Of a stretch of DNA of 64,000 nucleotides, positions 19,319 through 29,422 are shown piece by piece. Made by a program: the position numbers and the translations under genes. Each line of letters opens with the position of its first letter. Position 1 is the stretch's first letter. Where the stretch lies: NCBI GenBank assembly GCA_028703495.1, contig JAQVMT010000002.1, positions 3,832-67,831 on the forward strand, given 5' to 3'. The stretch is from Clostridia bacterium (lineage in GTDB: Bacteria; Bacillota; Clostridia; Christensenellales; CAG-314). The notes under the pieces are model-generated. The model worked only from the letters and a program-made list of their open reading frames with translations, searched no databases and was not told where the DNA came from.

Positions 19319-21265
19319 ATGGACGAGCTTAATGTAGCTCCCGAAACGATTGTAAGCAATAATGATTATATCATCGAGATGAGGGAAATCACAAAGATAT
19401 TCCCGGGAATCATCGCAAATGATAATATTACCCTGCAGCTTAAGCGCGGGGAGATTCATGCGTTGTTGGGCGAGAACGGAGCGGGAAAAAGTACTCTTAT
19501 GAGCGTGCTTTTCGGGCTTTATCAAGCCGAGAGCGGCGAAATTTACAAAAACGGAGAAAAGGTTGAAATCAAGGATCCCAATGATGCGAACAAATTGGGG
19601 ATAGGTATGGTACATCAGCACTTTAAATTGGTTGATGTTTTCACCGTATTGGAGAATATCATACTGGGCGTCGAGCCTACTAAAAACGGCTTCTTGCAAA
19701 AGTCTCAAGCTCGGGAAAAACTGGTCGAGTTGAGTGAAAGATATATGCTGAAAGTGGATCCCGATGCTTTGGTCGAGAACATTACGGTAGGTATGCAGCA
19801 GAGAGTCGAGATACTTAAAATGCTGTATAGGGAAAACGAGATTCTCATTTTCGATGAGCCCACCGCAGTATTGACTCCACAAGAAATTAAGGAGTTGATG
19901 GCGATAATGGTCGGACTTGCGCAGGAAGGCAAGTCTATACTGTTCATCACGCATAAGCTGAATGAGATTATGGCGGTTGCCGATAGGTGCACTGTCTTGA
20001 GAAAGGGACACTGCATGGGTACCGTAGATATCGACAAGACCACAAAGACAGAATTGTCCAGAATGATGGTCGGCAGGGACGTTGATTTCATTATCGACAA
20101 GGCTCCTTGCAAGGTTGGCGATGAGATGCTGCGTGTTGAAGGATTATCGGTTGTCAACGGACACAAAACTACTGTTTCCGATGTTTCATTTAACGTCAGG
20201 AGAGGTGAAATTGTTTGTGTTGCGGGAATCGAGGGCAATGGTCAAAGCGATTTGGTATACGCTCTTACCGGTCTTATGAAGGAGACCGGCGGAGCGATTC
20301 TCTACGGAAGCGACAGAATGAGCGGTGGCAAATCAGTCGGAAGTGTCAACGGTAAATACCTACACGGTAAAGATACCGGTGATGTGGTTTATGTGGCAAA
20401 AGACGGTTCGAATATAAATTCCAAATTCCTTCACGTCGGTAAGAGTGAGCTTAACAAAGAGTTTTGTCCTCAAAACGACGAAGGAGGTCACAAAGCGGTC
20501 AGCTTGCGCAAGATCAATCGAACCTCGATTCGCCAGAGAAACGCGGGAGGAATCAGCCACATTCCCGAGGACAGGCACAAGTTCGGACTTGTGTTGGATT
20601 TTCCGTTGGAGTACAATTTGGTTCTGCAACGTTACTTTGAACCGGAGTTTTGTAAGAAGGGCATATTGCGCAAGAAGAACATAACCAAATATGCAAACAA
20701 GCTAATTGTCGATTACGATATTCGTAGCAGTTTAGGAGCAAAGTCGCTCACACGGAGTATGTCCGGTGGCAATCAACAAAAGGCTATCGTTGCAAGAGAA
20801 ATCGATAAGGATCCTGATCTGCTTATCGCGGTTCAGCCGACGAGAGGACTTGATGTGGGTGCGATCGAGTATATACACAAAATGATTGTGCGTCAGCGCG
20901 ACAACAATAAAGCTGTATTGCTTATTTCGTTGGAGTTGGACGAGGTTATGAACCTCAGCGACAGGATTTATGTTATGTACGAAGGCAAGATCGTAGCCGA
21001 CTTGGATCCGAAGGAGATATCGGTTGAGGAATTAGGCTTATATATGGCTGGCGCGAAGAAAATGGACAACATCGGAGCCAGAGATAATCCTTTCCTTAAC
21101 GAAGTGCTTTCGATTGAGGAGAGGTTAAACGACGGCAAACTTCCTGAGAACAAGAGGAACGAATTAAAGAAGGCATATGATTCGGTATACGAGCGGTTTG
21201 TAGCGCGTGAACACGAATATACACGGCCGAATGTGCGGGAGGAAGTTGGAAATGGTAAACAATAA
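19319..21265 (+). CDS. ABC transporter ATP-binding protein with tandem NBDs (BMP-family nucleoside importer), carrying an insertion and a C-terminal extension
   Basis: Walker A GENGAGKST in the first NBD, a second NBD with GIEGNGQSD, and LSGGNQQK-type signatures. ATG 19319 follows AGAGGTG. Confidence 0.85.
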   Translation: MDELNVAPETIVSNNDYIIEMREITKIFPGIIANDNITLQLKRGEIHALLGENGAGKSTLMSVLFGLYQAESGEIYKNGEKVEIKDPNDANKLGIGMVHQHFKLVDVFTVLENIILGVEPTKNGFLQKSQAREKLVELSERYMLKVDPDALVENITVGMQQRVEILKMLYRENEILIFDEPTAVLTPQEIKELMAIMVGLAQEGKSILFITHKLNEIMAVADRCTVLRKGHCMGTVDIDKTTKTELSRMMVGRDVDFIIDKAPCKVGDEMLRVEGLSVVNGHKTTVSDVSFNVRRGEIVCVAGIEGNGQSDLVYALTGLMKETGGAILYGSDRMSGGKSVGSVNGKYLHGKDTGDVVYVAKDGSNINSKFLHVGKSELNKEFCPQNDEGGHKAVSLRKINRTSIRQRNAGGISHIPEDRHKFGLVLDFPLEYNLVLQRYFEPEFCKKGILRKKNITKYANKLIVDYDIRSSLGAKSLTRSMSGGNQQKAIVAREIDKDPDLLIAVQPTRGLDVGAIEYIHKMIVRQRDNNKAVLLISLELDEVMNLSDRIYVMYEGKIVADLDPKEISVEELGLYMAGAKKMDNIGARDNPFLNEVLSIEERLNDGKLPENKRNELKKAYDSVYERFVAREHEYTRPNVREEVGNGKQ

Positions 21266-22469
21266 AAGAGCAAAAGATGTCTTTAACAGCCCCGGCGTGA
21301 GAAGCCTATATTCCTCGCTGATATGCATAATTATCGGACTTGCAGTTGGCTTTATTGTTCTGCTGATGTTAAGTCCGAGAAACGCCTTAAGCGGATTTGT
21401 AACCATAATCAAGGGTGGCTTCTCATATGGTGGATTGGGCATTGCTTCGGCTATTGCAAACTCGGTGCCGATAATTATGACAGGATTATCGGTTATATTT
21501 GCATTCAAGACCGGTCTGTTCAACATAGGTGCCGCGGGACAGTATACATTAGGTGCATTCGGAGGATTTCTGTTTGCCATCGTATTGGACTGTCCATGGT
21601 ACGTTTGCCTTATTATGGCAACGCTATTTGGTGCGATATGGGGCGCTATTCCGGGAATATTCAAAGCCTTTTTCAATGTAAATGAGGTTATTACCAGTAT
21701 AATGTTCAACTGGATAGGTCTGTACTTAGTAAACGACATCATCTACGGTGGCGGAACGGGTGTGATGTACGACAGGAATTACACAAAAACATACAATTTG
21801 AAGGTTTATCATCCGTCGTCGGTTGTTCCCACTTGGGGATTGGAAAAGGTTTTCAACAGCAACACTGTTACTATTGCGATTTTTATTGCGATAATCGTTG
21901 CAGTTGTGGTTTGGGTTATTTTACAGAAGACTAAGCTTGGTTATGAGTTGAAGTCCTGCGGCTTCAACAAAAACGCTAGCAGATACGCGGGAATCAGCGA
22001 GAAAAAGAGCATTATTATTTCTATGGTAATTGCAGGCGCGCTTGCTGGATTGGGCGGAGGACTGTACTACCTTTCCGGTACGATGCAGTGGAATCCGCAA
22101 AACTCCAACAGTCTACCCGCACAAGGCTTTGACGGTATATCGGTCGCATTGCTTGCTATGCTTAATCCGTTAGCTTCGGTCTTTTCCGCACTGTTAATTT
22201 CACACTTAGCGGAGGGCGGCGGAAACTTGGATCCGCGTTATTTCTCGAGAGAAATCGCAAATTTGATTACCGGCGTCATCATATATCTTTGTGCGTTCTC
22301 GTTATTCTTCAAGAATAAGATCAATGATATTTTGGGCAGAAAGGACAGGTTGCTCGCTCTGAAAATCGAGAGGGAATCCATAAGAAGTATGCTTCCAACG
22401 GATAAATACGTCGAGTCCGACGACGAAAACGCCCAAAAGGAAGAAGCCGATAAAGCGAAGGAGAAGTAA
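21252..22469 (+). CDS. ABC transporter permease (BMP-family system)
   Basis: Polytopic membrane protein. ATG 21252 overlaps the upstream stop. RBS GGGAGGAAG. Confidence 0.85.
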   Translation: MVNNKRAKDVFNSPGVRSLYSSLICIIIGLAVGFIVLLMLSPRNALSGFVTIIKGGFSYGGLGIASAIANSVPIIMTGLSVIFAFKTGLFNIGAAGQYTLGAFGGFLFAIVLDCPWYVCLIMATLFGAIWGAIPGIFKAFFNVNEVITSIMFNWIGLYLVNDIIYGGGTGVMYDRNYTKTYNLKVYHPSSVVPTWGLEKVFNSNTVTIAIFIAIIVAVVVWVILQKTKLGYELKSCGFNKNASRYAGISEKKSIIISMVIAGALAGLGGGLYYLSGTMQWNPQNSNSLPAQGFDGISVALLAMLNPLASVFSALLISHLAEGGGNLDPRYFSREIANLITGVIIYLCAFSLFFKNKINDILGRKDRLLALKIERESIRSMLPTDKYVESDDENAQKEEADKAKEK

Positions 22470-22471
22470 GA

Positions 22472-23389
22472 ATGATACTGTTGATTAAATATACATTGCT
22501 GTACGGAACGGTTCTTTCGCTTGTTGCGTTCGGCGGAATGTTCAGCGAACGAAGCGGTATTATCAATATCGCGCTTGAGGGAATAATGGTAATCGGCGGA
22601 TTGTGCGGCGTTGTCGTGCTTTCGCTGTTGCCTGCGACGTTCTCGCCGTTTTTGGCGGTGGTCATCACCATACTTGTTGCGGCGGCTTCAGGTTGTATTT
22701 ACTCTCTGTTGCTCGGCTTTGCTTCGATTAACCTAAAAGCCGATCAAACCATCGGCGGTACTGCGCTTAATATTATGGCTACTGCTATTGCCATGATTGT
22801 CGCGAAGCTTGTCAACGGATCCGAATCCGCAAGAGTATTGTACAGCAACAAAAGCTTTTTATTCAAAATTGGTACGCTTGAATTGAACGTGTTCTTAATA
22901 ATTGCTATTGTCGCGTTGATTTTTGCGGTGATTTTCCTGTACAAAACCAAGACGGGATTACGTCTTCGCTCCTGCGGAGAACATCCGCAAGCGGCGGATT
23001 CAGTAGGAATCAACGTCTATAAAATGCGTTATCTTGGCGTCGGTATAAGCGGACTTTTGGGCGGCATAGGCGGTTTTGCCTATATCGTTCCGGCTGTAAG
23101 CGAGTGGAATTTCGAGGTCGGTGTTTCGGGTTTTGGATTCTTGGCTTTGGCAGTTATGATATTCGGACAGTGGAAGCCCTTAAGGATTTTCCTTGCTGCG
23201 CTGTTTTTCGGACTGTTCAGAGCGTTGGCTAACATTAGCTCGTCTACATTCCTCGGTGACTTGAACCTTTCGTCTAACATCTACAATATGATGCCGTTCA
23301 TCGCATCGATGATTATTCTTGCGTTAACATCCAAAAGATCGAGAGCGCCTAAAGCCGAGGGAATTCCCTACGACAAGGGATCTAGATAA
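22472..23389 (+). CDS. ABC transporter permease (BMP-family system), second subunit
   Basis: Polytopic membrane protein, separated from the upstream gene's stop codon by 2 nt. Confidence 0.85.
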   Translation: MILLIKYTLLYGTVLSLVAFGGMFSERSGIINIALEGIMVIGGLCGVVVLSLLPATFSPFLAVVITILVAAASGCIYSLLLGFASINLKADQTIGGTALNIMATAIAMIVAKLVNGSESARVLYSNKSFLFKIGTLELNVFLIIAIVALIFAVIFLYKTKTGLRLRSCGEHPQAADSVGINVYKMRYLGVGISGLLGGIGGFAYIVPAVSEWNFEVGVSGFGFLALAVMIFGQWKPLRIFLAALFFGLFRALANISSSTFLGDLNLSSNIYNMMPFIASMIILALTSKRSRAPKAEGIPYDKGSR

Positions 23390-23404
23390 TAAAAATTTTC
23401 AAGG

Positions 23405-23444
23405 CAAACAAGATTCGGGATATTCTGATTCTTGTTTGTTTTTG
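23405..23444 (+). terminator. Rho-independent terminator of the ABC operon
   Basis: CAAACAAGATTC ... GATTCTTGTTTG followed by TTTTTG. Confidence 0.7.
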
Positions 23445-23506
23445 CGTGCGTCGAAAAGAGTTAAAGCTGTTTAACGGGATATAATTACACATAAGGGGGT
23501 GTGCTT

Positions 23507-24808
23507 ATGCTGTTTAGTGAGATAATTAAGAAAAAAAGGGACGGCGAGAAGCTGTCTAAGGAAGAGATCGAGTTTTTTGTAAAGGGTGTAACAGACGGTA
23601 GTATACCCGATTATCAGACGACCGCTTTTTTAATGGCTGTTTATTTTCGCGGAATGGATATTGAGGAAACAGGCGAATTGACGCTTGCTATGGCACACTC
23701 GGGCGATATGGCGGATTTAAGCGGCATCATGGGCATTAAGGTCGACAAGCATAGCACTGGCGGAGTGGGCGACAAGACTACTCTCGTGATTGCTCCTATC
23801 GTTGCAAGCTGCGGAGTCAAGGTCGCTAAAATGAGCGGTCGGGGACTCGGACACACCGGTGGCACCGTAGATAAGCTTGAATCCATTCCCGGCTACAGAA
23901 CTTCACTTGACACCGAAACATTCTTTAAGATCGTAAATGAAGTAGGAGTTAGCGTTATCGGTCAATCGGGTAATTTCGCGCCGGCCGACAAGAAGCTTTA
24001 TGCTTTGCGCGACGTTACGGCAACTATCGAGAGCTTGCCGCTTATTGTCAGCAGTATAATGAGCAAGAAGCTTGCAAGTGGCTCGGATTGCATACTGCTT
24101 GACGTGAAGACGGGAAGCGGAAGCTTTATGAAGACCGTTGCTGACAGTGAAAAGCTTGCAAGGGAGATGATCGATGTCGGCACGCACGCAGGCAAAAAGG
24201 TGATGGCTCTTATCACCAATATGGACGTTCCTTTGGGACATAACATCGGAAACAGCCTGGAGGTTGCCGAAGCCGTTCGCACGTTGCAAAATCGCGGGCC
24301 TGAGGATTTGACGGAGATATGCATCAAGCTTGCTGCTAATATGCTTTATCTTGCAGGGTTGGGCGATGAAGCCGAATGTATCCGACTTGCAAAAGCAAAA
24401 ATGGAAAACGGTGAAGCGTTCAAGGTGTTTTGCAATATGGTCGAGGCTCACGGAGGCGATAGATCTACCGTTGAGGATGTGGATAAGCTTCCCATAGCGC
24501 GGTTTAATTATGAAGTAAAGTCCGATGCTTGCGGTTACATTTCGCATATGGACAGCGAAAAGTGCGGCATAAGCGCGCTTTTGTTGGGAGCGGGACGTGC
24601 CACAAAGGAAAGCAAAATCGATTACGGCGCAGGTATCGTAATGAATAAAAAGACAGGCGATTACGTCAACGTCGGAGATACGCTTGCAGTTATGTACGCA
24701 AGCGACGAGGGCTTGTTCAAAGAAGCCGAGAAGGAGTATTTGAGTGCAATTCGTCTATCGGAAGCTGCGCCTAAAGTAATTCCGATAATACTTGAAAGGA
24801 TAGAGTGA
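23507..24808 (+). CDS. pdp: Pyrimidine-nucleoside (thymidine) phosphorylase
   Basis: IIKKKRDGEKLSKEEIEFFV, DKHSTGGVGDKT and MSGRGLGHTGGT. Confidence 0.9.
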   Translation: MLFSEIIKKKRDGEKLSKEEIEFFVKGVTDGSIPDYQTTAFLMAVYFRGMDIEETGELTLAMAHSGDMADLSGIMGIKVDKHSTGGVGDKTTLVIAPIVASCGVKVAKMSGRGLGHTGGTVDKLESIPGYRTSLDTETFFKIVNEVGVSVIGQSGNFAPADKKLYALRDVTATIESLPLIVSSIMSKKLASGSDCILLDVKTGSGSFMKTVADSEKLAREMIDVGTHAGKKVMALITNMDVPLGHNIGNSLEVAEAVRTLQNRGPEDLTEICIKLAANMLYLAGLGDEAECIRLAKAKMENGEAFKVFCNMVEAHGGDRSTVEDVDKLPIARFNYEVKSDACGYISHMDSEKCGISALLLGAGRATKESKIDYGAGIVMNKKTGDYVNVGDTLAVMYASDEGLFKEAEKEYLSAIRLSEAAPKVIPIILERIE

Positions 24809-24854
24809 ACGTAGTCGACGGCTCATATGCATATGTTTAAACGGGAGAAGGAAA

Positions 24855-25442
24855 GTGGCTAAATTATATTTTAAGTACGGATCGATGGGAAGCAGCAAGA
24901 CTGCGCAAGCATTGATTACAAAGTTTAATTACGAAGAATGCGGAATGAAGGTGTGGCTTATCAAGCCGGCGATCGACACAAGAGAATCGGAAGCGGTGGT
25001 GCGTTCACGAATCGGGTTGGAGTCGAAGGCAACGCTTATTTCCGATGACCAGAACGTTTACGATATGTACATGCAAAAGTACGGCGATTGTGATGTGGTT
25101 ATCGTGGACGAGTGTCAGTTTTTTACCGAAAAGCAAATTGACGAGTTAGGACTTATTGTGTTGGATTTCAACGTCCCTGTACTCTGTTTCGGATTGCGGT
25201 CGGACTTTTTAACTCATCTTTTCCCGGGAAGCAAAAGACTTTTCGAGATTGCCGAAAGTATTTCGGAAATCAAGAATGTGTGCGTGTGCGGTCGAAAAGC
25301 AACGGTAAATGCAAGAATCGATCCAAACGGAAAGATTATCACCCAGGGTGAGCAAATTTATATCGGCGGCAACGACTCATACGTCGCTATGTGTAGAAAA
25401 TGCTACATAAACAAGATTGCCGAGCAGCAAAAAGAGAAATAA
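24855..25442 (+). CDS. tdk: Thymidine kinase
   Basis: GSMGSSKT P-loop, VDECQFF, and C-terminal zinc cysteines CVCGRKA ... CRKC. Confidence 0.9.
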   Translation: MAKLYFKYGSMGSSKTAQALITKFNYEECGMKVWLIKPAIDTRESEAVVRSRIGLESKATLISDDQNVYDMYMQKYGDCDVVIVDECQFFTEKQIDELGLIVLDFNVPVLCFGLRSDFLTHLFPGSKRLFEIAESISEIKNVCVCGRKATVNARIDPNGKIITQGEQIYIGGNDSYVAMCRKCYINKIAEQQKEK

Positions 25443-25627
25443 TTTTTGAGGCATCTGATATTGTTTTTTCGGCGAAAGGAAATATGGATTTAAGTTTTAA
25501 GGCACTTGATGTAATTAGCTTTGCTTATACACTTTTAGGATGTGTACCCATAATAACGCCGATGCATTAGTTGATATTAGATGCTTAATTGTATACTGTT
25601 CGAGATAAAAAATATAGGAGTTTACTT

Positions 25628-26263
25628 ATGGAGAGGTTGGTTATAGGTATTGCGGGCGGAACAGGCAGCGGCAAAACGACTGTCGCAGAGAAGCTTCTCA
25701 AGGCATACAGTCCAAACGCCGTGTTATTAAGCCACGACTATTACTATAAGAATAATTATCACCTAAGCTACGAAGAACGTGTTGCTCAAAACTATGACCA
25801 CCCGAACGCTTTCGATACCGATATGATGATTGACCATGTTAAGATGTTGAAACGCGGTATGTCAATCCAGCATCCGACGTACAACTTCAAAATTCATCTT
25901 AGGAATGAGCAAACAAAGACGTTGGATTCAGCAAAAATAATTATTGTCGAAGGTATTCTCATTTTTCAATGCAAGGAGCTTTGCGATTTAATTGACATTA
26001 AGTTATATGTCGACACAGACGCTGACGTTCGTTTCATAAGGAGGCTTCTTCGGGACGTGCAGGAGCGTGGCAGGACTATGGAGTCGGTGGTAAATCAGTA
26101 TTTAAAGACAGTCAAGCCCATGCATGAGCAGTTTGTCGAGCCTAGCAAGCGTATGGCGGACATAATTATTCCCGAGGGCGGACATAATGTCGTTGCTATT
26201 GAGATGATAATCGATGCTATTAAGAAGCGTATCGCAACGGACGAGCCTCTTCAAAGCCTTTAG
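25628..26263 (+). CDS. udk: Uridine kinase
   Basis: IGIAGGTGSGKTT, YDHPNAFD and RRLLRD. ATG follows TAGGAG. Confidence 0.9.
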   Translation: MERLVIGIAGGTGSGKTTVAEKLLKAYSPNAVLLSHDYYYKNNYHLSYEERVAQNYDHPNAFDTDMMIDHVKMLKRGMSIQHPTYNFKIHLRNEQTKTLDSAKIIIVEGILIFQCKELCDLIDIKLYVDTDADVRFIRRLLRDVQERGRTMESVVNQYLKTVKPMHEQFVEPSKRMADIIIPEGGHNVVAIEMIIDAIKKRIATDEPLQSL

Positions 26264-26496
26264 ATGACATTGGCTTTGTAGGTCAAATCCTACGAAAATG
26301 CGATCGACAACAGATATAATGGCTACATTAATATAAATGAAGTTTATTGCTTAGATCTGCAAAAAGCTTATTTACGCTGTAAGTATCTAGTGATAGTAAG
26401 AAGTATTCGGCGGAAAATCTGCAAGACAATTAATAAGATTGTCAGGAACAAGCGAAAAGAAGCTATTTTCGGTGGAAATTTCGCCAAAAGGTTAAT

Positions 26497-27411
26497 ATGA
26501 ATAGAATATGCGTAATAGGCGGAGCTAACGTAGATATCTGCGCGACTCCGTTTTTGAAACTAATCGAAAAGGATTCCAATCCTGGAAAGGTGACCTATTC
26601 CTTGGGCGGTGTGGCTCGAAACGTAGCGGAGAATCTTGCGTTGTTGGGACGGCGGGTGGAGTTTATTACCGCACTCGGACAAGACAGGTGGGCTGAAGCC
26701 ATTACTGACAAGTTGATGGTGAGAAATATCGGCTTCGGCAACTCGTTACGTGTCGATCAGCCCACGTCGGTTTATGCATATATCACCGATGAAAGAGGAG
26801 AGATGCAGCTCGCGGTTTCCGACATGGATATTTTGAACAAGCTGGACAAGGATGCACTTTACGAAAGGTTGGAGGTTATAAACTCTTGCGATTCCTGTTT
26901 CATCGACACAAACCTAAACCGAGCCGATTTGACTTATTTAATGGAAAACGTCAAGTGCCCTTTGTTTTTAGATGCAGTTTCGGTGAACAAAGTTTACAAA
27001 CTCAAGGGGATTGTCAATAATCTTTATTGCTTTAAGCCCAACCTTATCGAAGCCGAGGCGTTGGCTGAGCGGAAAATTCATGACTATGACGAATTGCCGC
27101 TTTTGGCAAGCGATATAATTAAAATGGGCGTGCGGGAGGTATTCATTTCCTTGGGAGCCGACGGCGTGTTTTGTGCCGACGAAAATAGCTGTTCTCTTAT
27201 TCCGTGCGTCAAGGGTGAGGTTGTCAACACTACAGGTGCGGGTGACGCGCTTATGGCAAGCCTGATTTGGGGACATGCTATGGGATTTGATATTGAAAAG
27301 AAGGCGCGAATGGGAATGATTGCCGCCAAGCTATGTTTGTCGTCGGAAAGAACGGTTTTCGACGGATTAAGCGCGGAGAAAGTCATTAGTGAATACGAAG
27401 CACGGTATTAA
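26497..27411 (+). CDS. psuK: Pseudouridine kinase (PfkB family)
   Basis: Collinear by eye with E. coli YeiC: VIGGANVDI, GGVARNVAENLALLG, KPNLIEAEAL, NTTGAGDALMA. Lies adjacent to psuG. Confidence 0.8.
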   Translation: MNRICVIGGANVDICATPFLKLIEKDSNPGKVTYSLGGVARNVAENLALLGRRVEFITALGQDRWAEAITDKLMVRNIGFGNSLRVDQPTSVYAYITDERGEMQLAVSDMDILNKLDKDALYERLEVINSCDSCFIDTNLNRADLTYLMENVKCPLFLDAVSVNKVYKLKGIVNNLYCFKPNLIEAEALAERKIHDYDELPLLASDIIKMGVREVFISLGADGVFCADENSCSLIPCVKGEVVNTTGAGDALMASLIWGHAMGFDIEKKARMGMIAAKLCLSSERTVFDGLSAEKVISEYEARY

Positions 27412-27422
27412 GAGGTGTATTG

Positions 27423-28340
27423 GTGAAAATTAGAATAAGCACGAAAGTCAGTGAAGCAATCAAGAACGGAGATCCGGTGGTATCGTTGGAATCGACGATT
27501 ATTTCGCACGGAATGCCCTATCCGCAGAACGTCCAAACTGCGCTTGAGGTGGAGAAGATTATATGCGATAACGGTGCATTACCTGCGACAATTGCAATTA
27601 TCAAGGGAGAAGCCGTAATAGGCGCGACTGCCGAGGATATCGAGTATTTGGGTAAAAAGGGTTCAGGCGTAACCAAGTGCGGTTGTCGAGATATACCCGT
27701 TGTATTGGCGAGGGGCGGCGACGGAGCCACTACCGTAAGCGGTACAATTATCCTATCCAAGAAAGCAGGTATAGATATTTTTGCGACCGGAGGAATCGGA
27801 GGCGTTCATCGTATGGCGTTCAAGACCTTCGATATCAGCCGCGACTTAAAAGAGTTGGGAAGCAATAACATTGCGGTTGTTTGCGCGGGTGCAAAGTCGA
27901 TTTTGGACTTAAATCTGACCATGGAGTATCTCGAAACAGAGGGTGTTACAGTTATCGGATACCAAACCGATGAATTTCCAGCCTTTTATACGGGAAAGAG
28001 TGGCATAAAGTTGGAAGTTAGAATGGATGCGCCGATTGATGTCGCTCAAGTTTTGCAAACCAAGAAGGAAATGCAGTCCACCGTTGGCACGCTTGTAGCA
28101 GTGCCTATTCCGAAGGCTTACGAAATGGATGCCACGGAAATAAACCAAGCAATTGACGCAGCATTAGCAGATATGAACGTATTAGGAATTGCGGGCAAGA
28201 AGGTTACGCCCTTTTTGTTGGACAGAGTAAAGCAGTTGACCGGTGGAAAGAGCTTGGACGCCAATATAGCCTTGGTAAAAAACAATGCAAAGGTCGCCGC
28301 CCAAATTGCCGTTGAGTATAGCAAGTCGGGCAAGCACTGA
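27423..28340 (+). CDS. psuG: Pseudouridine-5'-phosphate glycosidase
   Basis: VSLESTIISHGMPYPQN, LPATIAIIKG and ATGGIGGVHR. The start is either GTG 27423 or TTG 27420. Confidence 0.9.
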   Translation: MKIRISTKVSEAIKNGDPVVSLESTIISHGMPYPQNVQTALEVEKIICDNGALPATIAIIKGEAVIGATAEDIEYLGKKGSGVTKCGCRDIPVVLARGGDGATTVSGTIILSKKAGIDIFATGGIGGVHRMAFKTFDISRDLKELGSNNIAVVCAGAKSILDLNLTMEYLETEGVTVIGYQTDEFPAFYTGKSGIKLEVRMDAPIDVAQVLQTKKEMQSTVGTLVAVPIPKAYEMDATEINQAIDAALADMNVLGIAGKKVTPFLLDRVKQLTGGKSLDANIALVKNNAKVAAQIAVEYSKSGKH

Positions 28341-28539
28341 TTTAAGCGTGGCTGATGCTATAAAGCAAGTCGTACGTATAATTATACTAAACTTGCATTA
28401 TTGTTGCACAAAGCCAATCTATTAATTAATGATACTTTAATTTTTGCGAAAGGCAACCAAAATTTGTGCAAAATGAGGCGGTCGATTCAATTCGCGTTAT
28501 TAGACAAGAGGGAAAGCAGAGCATTATTGCTTTTGGACT

Positions 28540-29412
28540 ATGGATAAAGATAAACCGATAATATCTTTCGACAACGTTTTTTTCGGCTATTCCTCGGCAG
28601 AGGACGAGCAGTTTTACTATGCGGTTCACGATGCGACCTTCGATATATATGAGGGTGAGTTTGTTGCGGTTGTCGGAAAAAACGGCAGTGGAAAAAGCAC
28701 GATTGCCAAGCTTATGAACGCCATACTCGAGCCGTCGGATGAGGGCGGAAGCGTTACCGTATTCGGAATCGACACCAAGAAAGGCAATAAATACGAGGTC
28801 AGAAAGCGTGTAGGTATGGTATTTCAAAATCCTGATAATTCAATGGTTGCCAGCATTGTCGAAGACGATATTGCATTTGGTCCGGAAAACTTGGGATTGG
28901 AAAGAGAGGAAATTGTGAGCCGAGTTGACAATGCAATTTCGCTGTTGGGAATTGAAAATTTGAGAACGCGCACACCGCACAAGCTTAGTGGCGGACAAAA
29001 GCAAAAGATTGCAATTGCGGGAATTCTCGCGCTAAAGCCCGATGTGCTTGTTTTGGATGAAAGTACGGCTATGTTGGATCCTCAGGGGCGGAAAGAGGTC
29101 ATTCAAACGCTGATAAAGCTTAACAAACAGGAGAAAATTACAATCGTGCTTATAACGCACTTTATGGAAGAGGTTCTTTTTGCCGACAGAGTTTTGGTCG
29201 TCAACCAAGGTAGCGTTAAGCTTGTCGGTACACCTAAAGATATTTTCCTTAATTGCGACAAGTTGATCGAGTATGGATTGACTATTCCGCGCTTGATTGA
29301 ATTGGAAAGCAAGCTTAGACAAAGTGGTCTTGACGTAACGCAAGGAGAAAACAACGTGGAATTACTTGCAAAAGAGGTCGCTGCAGTATTATCTGATAGA
29401 TTTGAAACGTAA
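28540..29412 (+). CDS. ecfA1: Energy-coupling factor transporter ATPase
   Basis: GKNGSGKST, LSGGQKQKIAIAG and VLDEST, with the ecfA-ecfA-ecfT-truA order. Confidence 0.9.
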   Translation: MDKDKPIISFDNVFFGYSSAEDEQFYYAVHDATFDIYEGEFVAVVGKNGSGKSTIAKLMNAILEPSDEGGSVTVFGIDTKKGNKYEVRKRVGMVFQNPDNSMVASIVEDDIAFGPENLGLEREEIVSRVDNAISLLGIENLRTRTPHKLSGGQKQKIAIAGILALKPDVLVLDESTAMLDPQGRKEVIQTLIKLNKQEKITIVLITHFMEEVLFADRVLVVNQGSVKLVGTPKDIFLNCDKLIEYGLTIPRLIELESKLRQSGLDVTQGENNVELLAKEVAAVLSDRFET

Positions 29413-29422
29413 ACGGTGAATT

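Noticed and set aside
19277-20011. Long antisense ORFs inside well-supported genes, such as 19277..20011(-), 19705..20238(-), 23903..24547(-), 39404..40162(-), 5924..6445(+) and 15498..16022(-).
   Set aside because: They lie opposite genes with clear family motifs. They have low-complexity or skewed composition, no RBS and no recognisable domains, which is typical of shadow ORFs.
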